A stretch of DNA of 64,000 bases from an uncultured Veillonellaceae bacterium (GTDB taxonomy: Bacteria > Bacillota > Negativicutes > JARBTT01). The stretch covers positions 1,152,001 to 1,216,000 of the forward strand of contig CAWDTA010000002.1 of assembly GCA_963805085.1 (NCBI GenBank). Direction: 5' to 3'. The notes beneath the pieces are model-generated. The model made no database searches, was not told the origin of the DNA, and was given only the letters and a program-made list of their open reading frames with translations. How positions within the stretch are numbered: position 1 is the stretch's first letter; each line of letters opens with the position of its first letter. The position numbers and the translations under genes were made by a program. Below are positions 39,091 through 49,145 of this stretch, in pieces.

Positions 39091-39271
39091 GAGAGTGGTG
39101 TAGTAATTAGAAAAACGTATTGACTCAATTACTATCTTCAATTTCCTTTCTGATGAAAGAAAAAGTATCATAGATAAAGACAAAACAATTGAATTAGGCA
39201 GTTCGAATTTGTCAGGCGTGAGATAATGTCTTACAATTGAAGTAAGTAAAATTGTGGGATGTGTTAAGTAT

Positions 39272-40165
39272 ATGGAGTTACGATTATTAGAAACTTTTCT
39301 TTTAGTTGCAAAGATGGAAAATATCACGCAAGCTGCGGAACAATTAAATTTTAGTCAGCCGACAGTAACAGCTCAAATTAGAACGCTCGAAGAGCATTTT
39401 GGCGTTTTACTGTTTGAACGAGTGGGGAAAAAATTATATATAACAGAAGCAGGGCAACGTTTGATTGGTTATGCAGAAAAATTACTGCTAATCCAAGGGG
39501 AAGCACAAGCGGCCCTGCAAGAGTTTTCGTATGATAAAGTGATTAAGGTAGGTCTTGGCACAGCAGTTGCGGCGCATACACTTTCGCCTGTTTTACAGGA
39601 ATTTCAAAAACAATTTTCTAATGTATCGGTAAGTATTGAGCATTGTTTTGACATTCCGATTACGGTGAAAGGAATCTTAGATAATAGTTTTGATTTTGCA
39701 ATTATCCACGATGAAATTTCCAATAATAGAATTATGCAATTTGACATTGTAGCTCAAAAGCTGATGTGGGTTGCTCATCCTTGTCTTGTTGAGAAGTATG
39801 GAAGTGATGTTTGGCAGCAGCCGTTTATTGCTTTGAAACAGGGGAAAATCTATCGGAAGAAATATGATAAACTGCTAAAGGAAAAGGCAATAAGACCTGT
39901 TTTGGAGTATAGTGATTCGGAAGCAATTCGCCAAGCAGTACTCAGTGGCTTGGGCGTTGGAGTATTGCCAGAGGTGTTAGTGAAAAATGATTTGGCGGAG
40001 GGGACGCTGATTACATTTAATAACGCACCTAAGTTGACGATCAATTTCTCAGTCATTTTTCATCGAGAAAAAACATTTACGATCCCGATCCGTACTTTGT
40101 TAGAAATGCTTGCGAAACAGGCAAATGTAAATAGTGGATTATTAGAGTATATAAGGAATATTTAG
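39272..40165 (+). CDS. LysR-family regulator
   Basis: NITQAAEQLNFSQPTVTAQIRTLEEHFGVLLFER. Confidence 0.93.
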   Translation: MELRLLETFLLVAKMENITQAAEQLNFSQPTVTAQIRTLEEHFGVLLFERVGKKLYITEAGQRLIGYAEKLLLIQGEAQAALQEFSYDKVIKVGLGTAVAAHTLSPVLQEFQKQFSNVSVSIEHCFDIPITVKGILDNSFDFAIIHDEISNNRIMQFDIVAQKLMWVAHPCLVEKYGSDVWQQPFIALKQGKIYRKKYDKLLKEKAIRPVLEYSDSEAIRQAVLSGLGVGVLPEVLVKNDLAEGTLITFNNAPKLTINFSVIFHREKTFTIPIRTLLEMLAKQANVNSGLLEYIRNI

Positions 40166-40181
40166 AAAAGTAGGGGATAAA

Positions 40182-41384
40182 ATGGCTGAAATCTATGCTG
40201 GTGAGCAGAGTAAAACACATAAAAAAGCCTTGCTGACAGGGAGTTTAGCACATTTTATCCAGGATGGATTTACGGATATGCTGTATATTTTTTTCCCCGT
40301 TTGGCAGGCACAATTTTTATTCACCTTTACCGAAATCGGTTTATTGAAAACACTTTTTTCTGGTACTATGGCAGGTTTTCAAGTGCCAGCAAGTTCGCTT
40401 GCACGCCGAACTGGGGCATTTAAATTATTGTTACTTGGGATCATTCTTACAAGTACGGCTGTTTTTTTCTTGGGATATGCACGAGCGCCAATCGTATTAG
40501 GCTGCTTTCTCGTAATTGGCGGATTAGGTGCTAGTGTGCAGCATCCGATATCTTCTTCGCTCATATCTAATGCTTACCTAGAGATCAATGCACGCAGAAC
40601 CGCCTTGAGTACTTTTAATGTAGCTGGTGATATTGGTAAACTAGTTTTGCCGGGGACAGCCGCATATTTGATGATGCAGTATAGCTGGATGACAGTAAGC
40701 CATATACTAGGTGTTTTTGGTATGGGGATAGCCGTCATTATTTTTCTAAATCACCGAGATGCTAAGCAAGCAGATAAAATTGCTGAAGCTAAGCCGGCAC
40801 AAAAAGCAGTGGGATGTTTTAAATGGAAGGGCTACGAAGCTTTCTGGTCTTTATCAATAATCGGGATCATTGATAGTGCAACACGGATGGGATTTTTAAC
40901 GTTTCTACCGTTTTTATTACAGGGAAAAGGTGCAGGGCTGACCACTATAGGTTTGGTGCTTTCACTCATCTTTGCTGGAGGAGCTGCTGGTAAATTTGTT
41001 TGTGGGATACTAGCGATAAAATTTGGAATATTACGGTCAGTGATTGCTACCGAGCTGATGACAACCATATGCATTTTGGCCATGATTATTTTTCCGCTAA
41101 ACACTGCGGTATTATTTTCCCCTTTGATCGGTATCGTGTTAAATGGTACTTCGTCAGTACTTTATGGAAGTGTCCCTGAATTGGTATCAGAAGAACGGCG
41201 TCAACAAGCTTTTGCAATTTTTTATACCTTAACTATTGGTTCAGGGGCAATATCTCCTTCTATTTATGGAGTGGTAAGTGATATCGTTGGGATACAAACC
41301 GCTGTAATCATCGTTGCGTTAGTCGTACTTCTTACGATTCCTTTAACAGTGCCACTAAGAAAGAAACTTATAGCAAAAAGCTAG
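40182..41384 (+). CDS. MFS transporter (Fsr-like)
   Basis: AHFIQDG, GASVQHP, GDIGK; about 12 TM segments. Confidence 0.85.
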   Translation: MAEIYAGEQSKTHKKALLTGSLAHFIQDGFTDMLYIFFPVWQAQFLFTFTEIGLLKTLFSGTMAGFQVPASSLARRTGAFKLLLLGIILTSTAVFFLGYARAPIVLGCFLVIGGLGASVQHPISSSLISNAYLEINARRTALSTFNVAGDIGKLVLPGTAAYLMMQYSWMTVSHILGVFGMGIAVIIFLNHRDAKQADKIAEAKPAQKAVGCFKWKGYEAFWSLSIIGIIDSATRMGFLTFLPFLLQGKGAGLTTIGLVLSLIFAGGAAGKFVCGILAIKFGILRSVIATELMTTICILAMIIFPLNTAVLFSPLIGIVLNGTSSVLYGSVPELVSEERRQQAFAIFYTLTIGSGAISPSIYGVVSDIVGIQTAVIIVALVVLLTIPLTVPLRKKLIAKS

Positions 41385-41417
41385 CTTGGATAGTGTCATT
41401 GCTAGCTATTGCACAAG

Positions 41418-41505
41418 AAAAAGACTTTCGAAATCTTCGGAAGTCTTGATTTGTTTATGAACTGAAAATAAGGCTCGTTCCTCAGGAATTGATGATTACG
41501 AATTG
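41418..41505 (-). pseudogene. Degenerate tRNA-Thr copy 3 with homologous terminator
   Basis: AAGACTTTCGAAATCTTCGGAAGTCTT hairpin resembles the tRNA terminator; then TATGAACTGAAAATAAGG...ATTACGAAT (anticodon loop retained). Confidence 0.6.
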
Positions 41506-41597
41506 GGGTAACTTTAAAGTAAGCCAAGAATATCTTAATGCTTTTAAAGTTGCTACAGTTGCAATTGAGCGAAGTTGTAAAAAATATCGCTGCAATT

Positions 41598-43142
41598 TTA
41601 TATAGCCCAATCTTCGCAATTCCATACATCCGTTACAATGTCTTTGTAAAATTCTGGTTCATGACATACTAAAATTATACTGCCACTATATGCTTTTAAA
41701 GCTCGTTTAAGTTCACTTTTGGCATATACGTCCAAATGATTTGTCGGTTCATCTAAAACTAATATATTCGTTGGCTTATTAATAAGTTTGCATAGTCTGA
41801 CCTTAGCTTGTTCTCCGCCGCTTAATCTATTAAAGGGGCTTTCTATATGTTTTCTAGTTAAGCCGCATTGCGCTAAGTTACGCCTTACTTCGCTTTGAGT
41901 AGAATCCGGAAATTTGAACCAAACGTCATCTAATACAGTATTCGTATTATCTTCGGCAAGTTCTTGTTCAAAGTAACCGACTTCTTGATAATCCCCTAAA
42001 TTGATTTTTCCATTGATCGGCTGCAATAAACCCAGCAAGCTTTTTAGTAAAGTTGATTTTCCTAAACCATTCGCACCGACAAGTGCGATTTTTTGGTCTC
42101 TTTGCATTTTTAAGTTTAGCGATTTGCTTAAAGGTTGATGATAGCCAATGACTAAATTTTTAGCTTGGAAAATTACGCTGTCAGAGCGGCGGGCTTTTAT
42201 AAACTCAAAATGAGGTTTTATAGCTTCACTTTTGATTTCAATTCGTTCAATTTTATCTAATTTCTTTTCTCGTGATTTTGCTTGCTTGGCAGTTGAAGCC
42301 CTAGCTTTATTTTTTTGTACAAAATTTTCGAGCTTTGCAATCTCATTTTGTTGCTCCTTATATTCAATGACGAGTTGCTCTTGTTTTATGTCATGAAGCT
42401 TAAGAAAATGGTCGTAATTGCCAACATACCTTGTTAATTTTTTATGTTCAAGATGGTAAACGACATTGATTACACTATTTACAAATTCAGTATCATGAGA
42501 GATTAGTATAAAAGCATTTTCATAACTTATTAAATAATTTTTTAACCACTCAATATGCTCTTCATCCAGATGATTCGTCGGTTCATCTAGCAATAAAACA
42601 TCAGGGGTTTCTAAAAGAAGTTTAGCGAGTAGGACCTTGGTTCTTTGCCCGCCGCTTAAATTTGAGGCATCTACGTCTAAAAATTCCCGAATCCCAAGAC
42701 CTGCTGCAGTGGCTTCGATTTTTGAATCAATACCATAAAAATTATTAGCATCTAAGACATCTTGCATAGTGGAAATTTTAAGCAGTGTTTTGTTGCTCTC
42801 TTCTTCCGACATGTCGCTCAATTCATTATATAAGTCAATGATTTTTTTTTCGATATCAAATAAATTTACAAAGGCACCTTTTAAGACAGTTTCTACAGTA
42901 TTGCCATTTTTAAGGTCAACATGTTGATCCATATAGCCAATACTGATTTTACTATTCCAGTTAATGTTGCCTTCATCTGGTAATAACTGATTGGTGATGA
43001 TTTTCATAAAGGTTGATTTTCCTTCGCCATTAGCACCAATTAACGCAATATGCTCGCCTTTTAATAATCTAAAAGATACATTACTGAATATGATTCTTTC
43101 GCCAAATGAATGGCTCATATTTTCAACTGATAAAATACTCAT
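41598..43142 (-). CDS. ABC-F ribosome-associated ATPase (YfmM-like)
   Basis: Two NBDs (GANGEGKST, GANGLGKST, LSGG, LDEPTNHLD), no TM segments. Confidence 0.92.
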   Translation of the reverse strand: MSILSVENMSHSFGERIIFSNVSFRLLKGEHIALIGANGEGKSTFMKIITNQLLPDEGNINWNSKISIGYMDQHVDLKNGNTVETVLKGAFVNLFDIEKKIIDLYNELSDMSEEESNKTLLKISTMQDVLDANNFYGIDSKIEATAAGLGIREFLDVDASNLSGGQRTKVLLAKLLLETPDVLLLDEPTNHLDEEHIEWLKNYLISYENAFILISHDTEFVNSVINVVYHLEHKKLTRYVGNYDHFLKLHDIKQEQLVIEYKEQQNEIAKLENFVQKNKARASTAKQAKSREKKLDKIERIEIKSEAIKPHFEFIKARRSDSVIFQAKNLVIGYHQPLSKSLNLKMQRDQKIALVGANGLGKSTLLKSLLGLLQPINGKINLGDYQEVGYFEQELAEDNTNTVLDDVWFKFPDSTQSEVRRNLAQCGLTRKHIESPFNRLSGGEQAKVRLCKLINKPTNILVLDEPTNHLDVYAKSELKRALKAYSGSIILVCHEPEFYKDIVTDVWNCEDWAI

Positions 43143-43516
43143 TATTTTTTTACTTCCTTTATGGTAGGTATACTTTCAGGCACATAAAAATCACATGATA
43201 AACACTCAGATTCATTTACAATTCTGTACTATATGTGACGATATAATATGGAAAAGGTTTCTTATCAAATGTTGCTCGTGAAATGCGGAAAAGTGATCCT
43301 AAAATTTTTGTATAAAAAGTCTAAACACTCTATTATTTCACAAATCAAAAGGAAGTGTCAAGTATTATGGGTGAATTGATTTTTAAAATCTTGTTATATT
43401 TGAGATTTCCAGACTGAATGTTTGGATCTATATCAAGCTGGTTGCGAAGTTTTAAAAGTTTTATAATCACGAGCATTTTAGATTGAAGAATGGTTTTAGT
43501 TTTAGAACGCAGAAAA

Positions 43517-43618
43517 AATGCTTTTGAGGAAAGCCTCAAAAGCATTGATTTTTCTATGAAGTTGATAATAGGATTCGACACGATGGCGTGCTAATTGCGA
43601 ATAAGTTCTCTACCAACG
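43517..43618 (-). pseudogene. Degenerate tRNA-Thr copy 4, with a terminator on its 3' side
   Basis: TATGAAGTTGATAATAGGATTCGACACGATGGCGTGCTAATTGCGAATAAGTTCTCTACCAAC is colinear with 17101-64; hairpin AATGCTTTTGAGG / CCTCAAAAGCATT. Confidence 0.75.
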
Positions 43619-43685
43619 AATTTTGCATTTTATACAGTACTGTTACTTTGCCTAGGCACTTATGAAGTAATTGCGATACATACTT

Positions 43686-43991
43686 TTATTGGAAAAGGTC
43701 ATCACCGCTTTTGTGATCAAAACCTGGATGGCTGTCAAATCTGACAACGCCTACGACGGCTTTGCCTTGTACTGCATTTTTAATCTTTGCAACACCCTCA
43801 ACGCCAAATCCAGCGCAAAGTTCAATGGCTTCAACACTTTGTGCCACTAAATCTTTGGCAACAGTTACTGCTTCTTGGTAGTTCTTTACGCCGACGGTAT
43901 GTAATTGAACAACTGGAGCATTAATAACTGCGTTGTGAATGTTAGAATCCGTTTCTGGAGCGATAAAAATAAATGCCGCTTTAAAAGCCAT
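43686..43991 (-). CDS. DUF6506-like small protein
   Basis: KAAFIF..VGV..IELCAGFG..VGVVRFD pattern; family assignment from memory. Confidence 0.7.
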   Translation of the reverse strand: MAFKAAFIFIAPETDSNIHNAVINAPVVQLHTVGVKNYQEAVTVAKDLVAQSVEAIELCAGFGVEGVAKIKNAVQGKAVVGVVRFDSHPGFDHKSGDDLFQ

Positions 43992-44057
43992 AAAAATCAT
44001 TCCTCTCAATATTAAAAGTAGTGAATATACGATTGAATTCACTGCCTATATAATATA

Positions 44058-44864
44058 TCAATCAGTTAGTTTTTCATTGTAAAAATGCGACATGAAATTT
44101 TCATCTTGTAGAAAAGCAGAGGGGTATTCACCAACGTTGTTTCTAAACTCTTTGATGAAATGTGATTGATCATAATAGCCATTTGCTAATGCAAGGTCTA
44201 AGTAATGCTTATTTTTATGGAGTAATAAATTTTTTACTACGGATTCAAAACGAGCAATTCGTTGAAAAGTTTTAGGGCTAACACCTACGGATTCTTTTAG
44301 CTTTCGCTGAAATTGCCGATCACTAATAAATAAATCGCGGCTAATATCTTTTAATTTGATCGTATTATACTGATAGAGTACATTTTTAACCGCCATATCT
44401 ACCCATTGTTCTGATCGGTGATATTTTTCGAGAAATTCCATGAGGAAGCTCTCGATGATCCTGATCCGTTCTTCTAGAGTTCTTGCCCCGATGATTAATT
44501 GCTCAAACTCATAACCTTTTCCGCCCCAGAGGTTTTTGATATCGATAAAAGAATCAATTAAATCGTTGCTTGCTTCATTACAAAAATGTCGAAAAGCTCC
44601 AGCTCGAAATCGTACAGCGATAAACCCTACGCGGTTAGTTGGTCTTAAAGGATAGAAGCCATAGCGAGGCGATATAATATGGCAATTTGGTAATAGATTT
44701 TCGTCGGTCGGAGTTAGGAGAACTGGTGGTTGATGATAATGAAACATTAATTCAGTTCCCGTACCTGGCAGAAGTTTTGGTAAGTCCTGTTCGTCCTCCC
44801 ACAACCAATAACGGCTGATATACTGTCGTAAGCATGTATTCGGTTTTAAATTCCATACTTTCAT
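44058..44864 (-). CDS. AraC-family regulator
   Basis: ISDRQFQRKLKESVGVSPK, GYYDQSHFIKEF. Confidence 0.9.
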   Translation of the reverse strand: MKVWNLKPNTCLRQYISRYWLWEDEQDLPKLLPGTGTELMFHYHQPPVLLTPTDENLLPNCHIISPRYGFYPLRPTNRVGFIAVRFRAGAFRHFCNEASNDLIDSFIDIKNLWGGKGYEFEQLIIGARTLEERIRIIESFLMEFLEKYHRSEQWVDMAVKNVLYQYNTIKLKDISRDLFISDRQFQRKLKESVGVSPKTFQRIARFESVVKNLLLHKNKHYLDLALANGYYDQSHFIKEFRNNVGEYPSAFLQDENFMSHFYNEKLTD

Positions 44865-44895
44865 AAACTAACCTCTGATATGTATTGCTTATTTT

Positions 44896-45732
44896 TTAAT
44901 TATTAATCTTTCTAGCAATAATATAATTCATTGCATGTTGATGAAAAATATTAGCTGAATTACAATCAATAATTTGTTCTTCGCACTGAAGGATTTCCCA
45001 ATCGTGATAGTATCGAGCTAAGTCGCCAGATATATAAAAAAATTCGTTTTTCTCCCAATCAGGTGCAGCTTTAATAAATGGTTTTTCGACGAAGACTAGA
45101 TGTGCATTTAACCCACCAATGCAGGTATGTCTCTTATATTTTTCAAAGTGATTTTGCCGTTGATCTAGCGGTAAAAATTGCAGTGAACCAATAGAATAAA
45201 TCACATCATAAAGAGTAGTTAGTTCATAGCCAATCATATTAGCGTGAATGACATTTACTCTGCACCCGGCAGACTGACTATACTGTATTATTTTTTCTAT
45301 ACCAGGTACAGAAATTTCTAATGAATCTACATTAAAACCGCACTTAGAAAAATAAACCGAATCTCTACCTTCGCCGCTACCAATATCTAATAAGGGTTTG
45401 TCTTGCTGAACTTCATCCTGCATGATTTTCACAACTTGTTCAGCAAGCTCGGAATGCTTTAGTCCCCAATAATATTCCTCTTTCGTATATTCACTATCAT
45501 ATGGACTTGGTTTTTCTATTGAATTATTTCCAGTAAGCAACTTGTCAATGGATACATCTAGTACCTTTGCCAATAAAGGCAACAGTGCTGTATCTGGTAA
45601 AGCATTGCTGTTTTCCCATTTAGAAATCGCTTGTGGAGTAACATTTAAAAGTACGCTCATTTGTTCTTGCGTATAGCCTTTTTCTTTTCGCAATAATGTA
45701 ATTCGTTGCCCAATTTTATTATCGATCATCAT
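44896..45732 (-). CDS. XRE HTH fused to a class I SAM methyltransferase (TehB-like)
   Basis: TQEQ..VTPQAISKWE HTH; LDIGSGEGRD SAM-binding motif. Confidence 0.85.
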   Translation of the reverse strand: MMIDNKIGQRITLLRKEKGYTQEQMSVLLNVTPQAISKWENSNALPDTALLPLLAKVLDVSIDKLLTGNNSIEKPSPYDSEYTKEEYYWGLKHSELAEQVVKIMQDEVQQDKPLLDIGSGEGRDSVYFSKCGFNVDSLEISVPGIEKIIQYSQSAGCRVNVIHANMIGYELTTLYDVIYSIGSLQFLPLDQRQNHFEKYKRHTCIGGLNAHLVFVEKPFIKAAPDWEKNEFFYISGDLARYYHDWEILQCEEQIIDCNSANIFHQHAMNYIIARKINN

Positions 45733-45775
45733 AACAGAAAACTTCCTTTTTATATAGTTCAGCGCTGATATTACT

Positions 45776-45850
45776 ATTGTAGCCTTGGTTACTAGCGAAG
45801 TCTACCAAATATTAGTTGTAGTGAACGTAGGTAAGTCAACCAATAGTTGA
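45776..45850 (-). promoter_or_regulatory. Promoter and candidate XRE operators
   Basis: TAGACT-N17-TACAAT on the minus strand; palindrome TCAAC-N5-GTTGA (45836-50) and a degenerate copy near 45805-19. Confidence 0.55.
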
Positions 45851-45917
45851 GCTTAAGCTATCAAAATGTAGTTGAGTCTATCTGCTATAAAAATAGCACC
45901 CTGTTTTCTGAAATCAT

Positions 45918-46316
45918 CTAGATATTAGTATCATTAACACTTATATTTCTTGAGTTGAAGACTTTTTTTGCAACACCAACAGCATTTAAAACTCTTGGGA
46001 AGCCAGTGTAAGGGATGCATTGAATAAAGACTTCAATTATTTTTTGTGGAGTAATCCCAACGTTTAGTGCGCCGTTGATATGCACATCTAGCTGAGTTTC
46101 ACAGCCACCTAATGTTGCTAAACTTGATAATGTGATAAGTTCTCTTTCTTGTAAATTTAAGTTTTCTCGGCAGTAGATATCACCAAAAGCGAACTCGACA
46201 ATATATTTTCCTAAATCAGGGGCAATGTCCCCAAGCGCTGCAATTACTTTTTCTCCGGCAGTACCATCTACCTCTGCTAGTTTTTCTAGACCTTTTTCAA
46301 AACGATTTAATTCCAT
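45918..46316 (-). CDS. Carboxymuconolactone decarboxylase-family protein
   Basis: EFAFGDIY..RELITL..QLDVHINGALNVG..YTGFPR. Confidence 0.9.
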   Translation of the reverse strand: MELNRFEKGLEKLAEVDGTAGEKVIAALGDIAPDLGKYIVEFAFGDIYCRENLNLQERELITLSSLATLGGCETQLDVHINGALNVGITPQKIIEVFIQCIPYTGFPRVLNAVGVAKKVFNSRNISVNDTNI

Positions 46317-46347
46317 TGTTATGACCTCCTGTATTTGTTATAATTGC

Positions 46348-46378
46348 ATTGTAACTCTTAAAGCTAACTTTAAGTCAA
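46348..46378 (-). promoter_or_regulatory. MerR-type promoter with AdhR-like box
   Basis: TTGACT-N19-TACAAT with CTTAAAG-N4-CTTTAAG (46357-74) across the spacer. Confidence 0.85.
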
Positions 46379-46390
46379 GGAGAATTTTAA

Positions 46391-46750
46391 ATGAATTATT
46401 CTATCGGACAATTTTCTAATATAACCAATATAAGTTCGCCTACATTACGGTATTATGAAAAAGAGCAACTGCTTGTGACTAACCGAGATTCAATAGGGAG
46501 ACGGTTTTATACAAAAGAAGATATTGCTTGGATTTTATTTATTAAAAAGCTAAAAGATACTGGAATGTCGATAAAAGAGATTAGAGAGTATGCAATCCTC
46601 AGATATCAAGGGGATTCCACAATAAAGCAGCGACTCGAAATACTAGAGAAGCACAAAGCCTTTGTAATGGAAGAAAAAGCGAAGTGGGAGCGCAATCTGA
46701 AAAATTTGGATGAGAAAATTGAAATATATAAAAATAGGTTAAATATGTAG
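46391..46750 (+). CDS. MerR-family regulator (AdhR-like)
   Basis: SIGQFS..TLRYYEK..GMSIKEI..KIEIY. Confidence 0.92.
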   Translation: MNYSIGQFSNITNISSPTLRYYEKEQLLVTNRDSIGRRFYTKEDIAWILFIKKLKDTGMSIKEIREYAILRYQGDSTIKQRLEILEKHKAFVMEEKAKWERNLKNLDEKIEIYKNRLNM

Positions 46751-46808
46751 CAAGAATAAAAGCAGTAAAACGTTTTTAATTGACTGACATAAATGGAGAT
46801 GATACAGA

Positions 46809-47390
46809 ATGAAAGTTGTTGGGATTAATGGGAGCCCTCGTAAGGATGGTAATACGGCAATATTGATTCAAACCGTGTTTAATGAGTTGAATCGTCAGGG
46901 GATTGAGACGGAATTGATTTCTTTGTCTAGCAAAAATATAAGAGGCTGCATAGCCTGTAGAGTCTGTCTAAAAAATAAGAATCAGCAATGCGTGATCAAT
47001 AATGATGATTTCAATGCTTGCTTGGAAAAGATGATCGCTGCCGATGGGATTATTCTTGGTTCACCAGTGTACTCTGCCGGTGTAACTTCGCAGATTAAGG
47101 CGCTGATTGATCGGGCTAGTATCGTATTAGCAGCAAATAAAGGCTTATTAAAGTATAAAGTTGGTGCAGTGGTAGTTGCAGCTCGCCGAGGCGGGGCAAT
47201 GAGTGCGTTTGATACTTTACATCATTTTTTGCATAGTAAAGAAATGTTTCTCGTTGGGTCAAGTTACTGGAATATGGTCTATGGCAATGAGATTGGTGAA
47301 GTCAAGCAAGACCAAGAAGGCATGAACAATATGAAGAATCTTGGTGAAAATATGGCTTGGTTATTAAAAAAGATTCATGGGATTTCATGA
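46809..47390 (+). CDS. Flavodoxin-family / iron-sulfur flavoprotein
   Basis: GSPRKDGNT, CIACRVC..C, GSPVY. Confidence 0.9.
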   Translation: MKVVGINGSPRKDGNTAILIQTVFNELNRQGIETELISLSSKNIRGCIACRVCLKNKNQQCVINNDDFNACLEKMIAADGIILGSPVYSAGVTSQIKALIDRASIVLAANKGLLKYKVGAVVVAARRGGAMSAFDTLHHFLHSKEMFLVGSSYWNMVYGNEIGEVKQDQEGMNNMKNLGENMAWLLKKIHGIS

Positions 47391-47415
47391 ACTTATGCAA
47401 AAAGGGCACTAATGA

Positions 47416-47471
47416 AATAAGCCGAGAATATCTTCGAATTAAGAAGATATTCTCGGCTTATTTATTTTTTT
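47416..47471. terminator. Bidirectional terminator
   Basis: AATAAGCCGAGAATATCTTC / GAAGATATTCTCGGCTTATT followed by a T tract. Confidence 0.85.
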
Positions 47472-47480
47472 GAGAGTGCG

Positions 47481-47966
47481 TTATTTTGCATCGTTCGCAG
47501 CGGGAGCGTCGTTGATGTTGTCCACGCGTTTTAAAGGATTTAACCAAAGACCATCCACGTAGATTTGGCCATCTTTTTGGATAAAGACACTGCTAACTAA
47601 TATAGGATCATTTCCTTGAGAAAATTTGCATTTATAGGAAACGGTAATATAGCCGTCTCTTATATCAATATTAGTGAATTCCATGGAAACATAGTCCCCC
47701 AGCTTAGATTTAATGGCTGTAGTAACGTCTTTGAATTTTGCTTCTGTCATTGCGTCTTTCATTTGTGGACTGAAATCTTTACTGTATTGACTATAGTTAC
47801 CATCATTAAACCGTAAAAGCATATTTTTTGTAGCTGGATCAGCAAACTTCCTGATTTCTTCAGTATAGTTCCAAGTGTTTTGGGTCTCGGCAGCTTGCTT
47901 TTTCGCAAAACAAGTAGGTGCGATGCAAACTAACATAATTGCTACGATGACAAAGACTTTTTTCAT
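47481..47966 (-). CDS. Exported DUF3887-like protein
   Basis: Signal peptide MKKVFVIVAIMLVCIAPTCFA; FSPQMKDAM..KLGDY..YKCKFS. Confidence 0.7.
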   Translation of the reverse strand: MKKVFVIVAIMLVCIAPTCFAKKQAAETQNTWNYTEEIRKFADPATKNMLLRFNDGNYSQYSKDFSPQMKDAMTEAKFKDVTTAIKSKLGDYVSMEFTNIDIRDGYITVSYKCKFSQGNDPILVSSVFIQKDGQIYVDGLWLNPLKRVDNINDAPAANDAK

Positions 47967-48132
47967 TATAATAGATTCCCCGCTTTCGTTTGTGGTTTGT
48001 AATTGTTGGTCATACAAATTTATTCATCATTTTGTTATTAAAGTGACACGTTTCACTATAGTAGATATCAAAGTCTTACTTAATATAATACAGTAAAGTG
48101 CTTTAGAAAAATAGCTTTTATTCAAATTTTCT

Positions 48133-48716
48133 CTACTGCATTTCGAATGTATCCAGAATACTGACAATAAAAGCTTTCATCGCAGGAGAAATCCATTCTT
48201 CTTTGTGATAGATAAGTTGGACTTTAATATTAAACGGTGCCCCAATCCAAGGTAATGCAACTAATTGCTGGTTTGCAAGTTCTTCTTTAACTGCGATATG
48301 CGGCAAAAAACCGATTCCCCAGCCATCAGAAACAAATTTTTTTATAACTTCGTTGCTACTTATTCCTAATGTGGAGGATGGCTTTGCACCTGCTTGCGCA
48401 AGAATGCTTTCTAAAATTCGACGATAGTTGCAGCCATCTTGGGTCAAAATTAACGACTGACCATTTAGATCATGGGGCGTAAGTTGAGCTTTGTTTGCTA
48501 GCGGGTGTTTTGGCGATGATATTATGGCCATAGGTTCGTCAACAAGAATATGTGAAATAAGATCAGGCTCATTGCATGGTACGTCAAGAAAGCATACGAT
48601 ATCAATGATATTTTTTCTAAGACTTGCTCGATAGTCAATGCAGGTATCAAAGCGAATGTCAATTTCTATGTTAGGATAACGCGAACGAAACATGGTGAGA
48701 ACTTCAGATAGACAAT
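48133..48716 (-). pseudogene. LysR regulator fragment (substrate-binding domain only)
   Basis: FRSRYPNIEI, HPLA, GWGIGFLP; no N-terminal HTH and no RBS. Confidence 0.8.
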
Positions 48717-49127
48717 GTGGTTCCTGTACCGGCATCAGAACCTTATGAATACTGGAATGAAAGTAGGCGACATGGACAAGGCATATTGTCGCTAAAGCAT
48801 GCAGTTGTGCGGGCGGGATTGGGGAGCATGGGGAAAAATACGCTTCTTGTCAACACACAATTCGGGAATATGATTTTGTTAGGTGCGGTTCTTAGCAGTA
48901 AAGAAGTTGAACCAGATAAGATGGCAAATGATCAGGCATGTATACCAGGCTGTCGGATTTGCCTAGACAATTGCCCGGCTAGTGCATTGGATGGCAATAC
49001 TATTGAGCAGAGCAAATGTCGAAGTGTTTGTGGAAAAACGACGGAGGGTGGTGGCTTTGTATATAGTTGTAATTTGTGCAGAACACTCTGCCTTCATAAA
49101 CAAGGGGGAAAGTCGGTAGCACGCTAG
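48717..49127 (+). pseudogene. Epoxyqueuosine reductase-like Fe-S protein, C-terminal fragment
   Basis: LSLKHAVVRAGLGSMGKNTLL, C..CRICLDNCP, CNLCRTLC; N-terminus missing. Confidence 0.75.
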
Positions 49128-49145
49128 AAAATAACGTTGCATTTT

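Noticed and set aside
39022-39327. 101-aa minus-strand ORF
   Set aside because: Overlaps the LysR start and a tRNA relic; no RBS or motif
43345-43581. 78-aa minus-strand ORF
   Set aside because: Runs through a tRNA relic and terminator; low-complexity AT-rich translation
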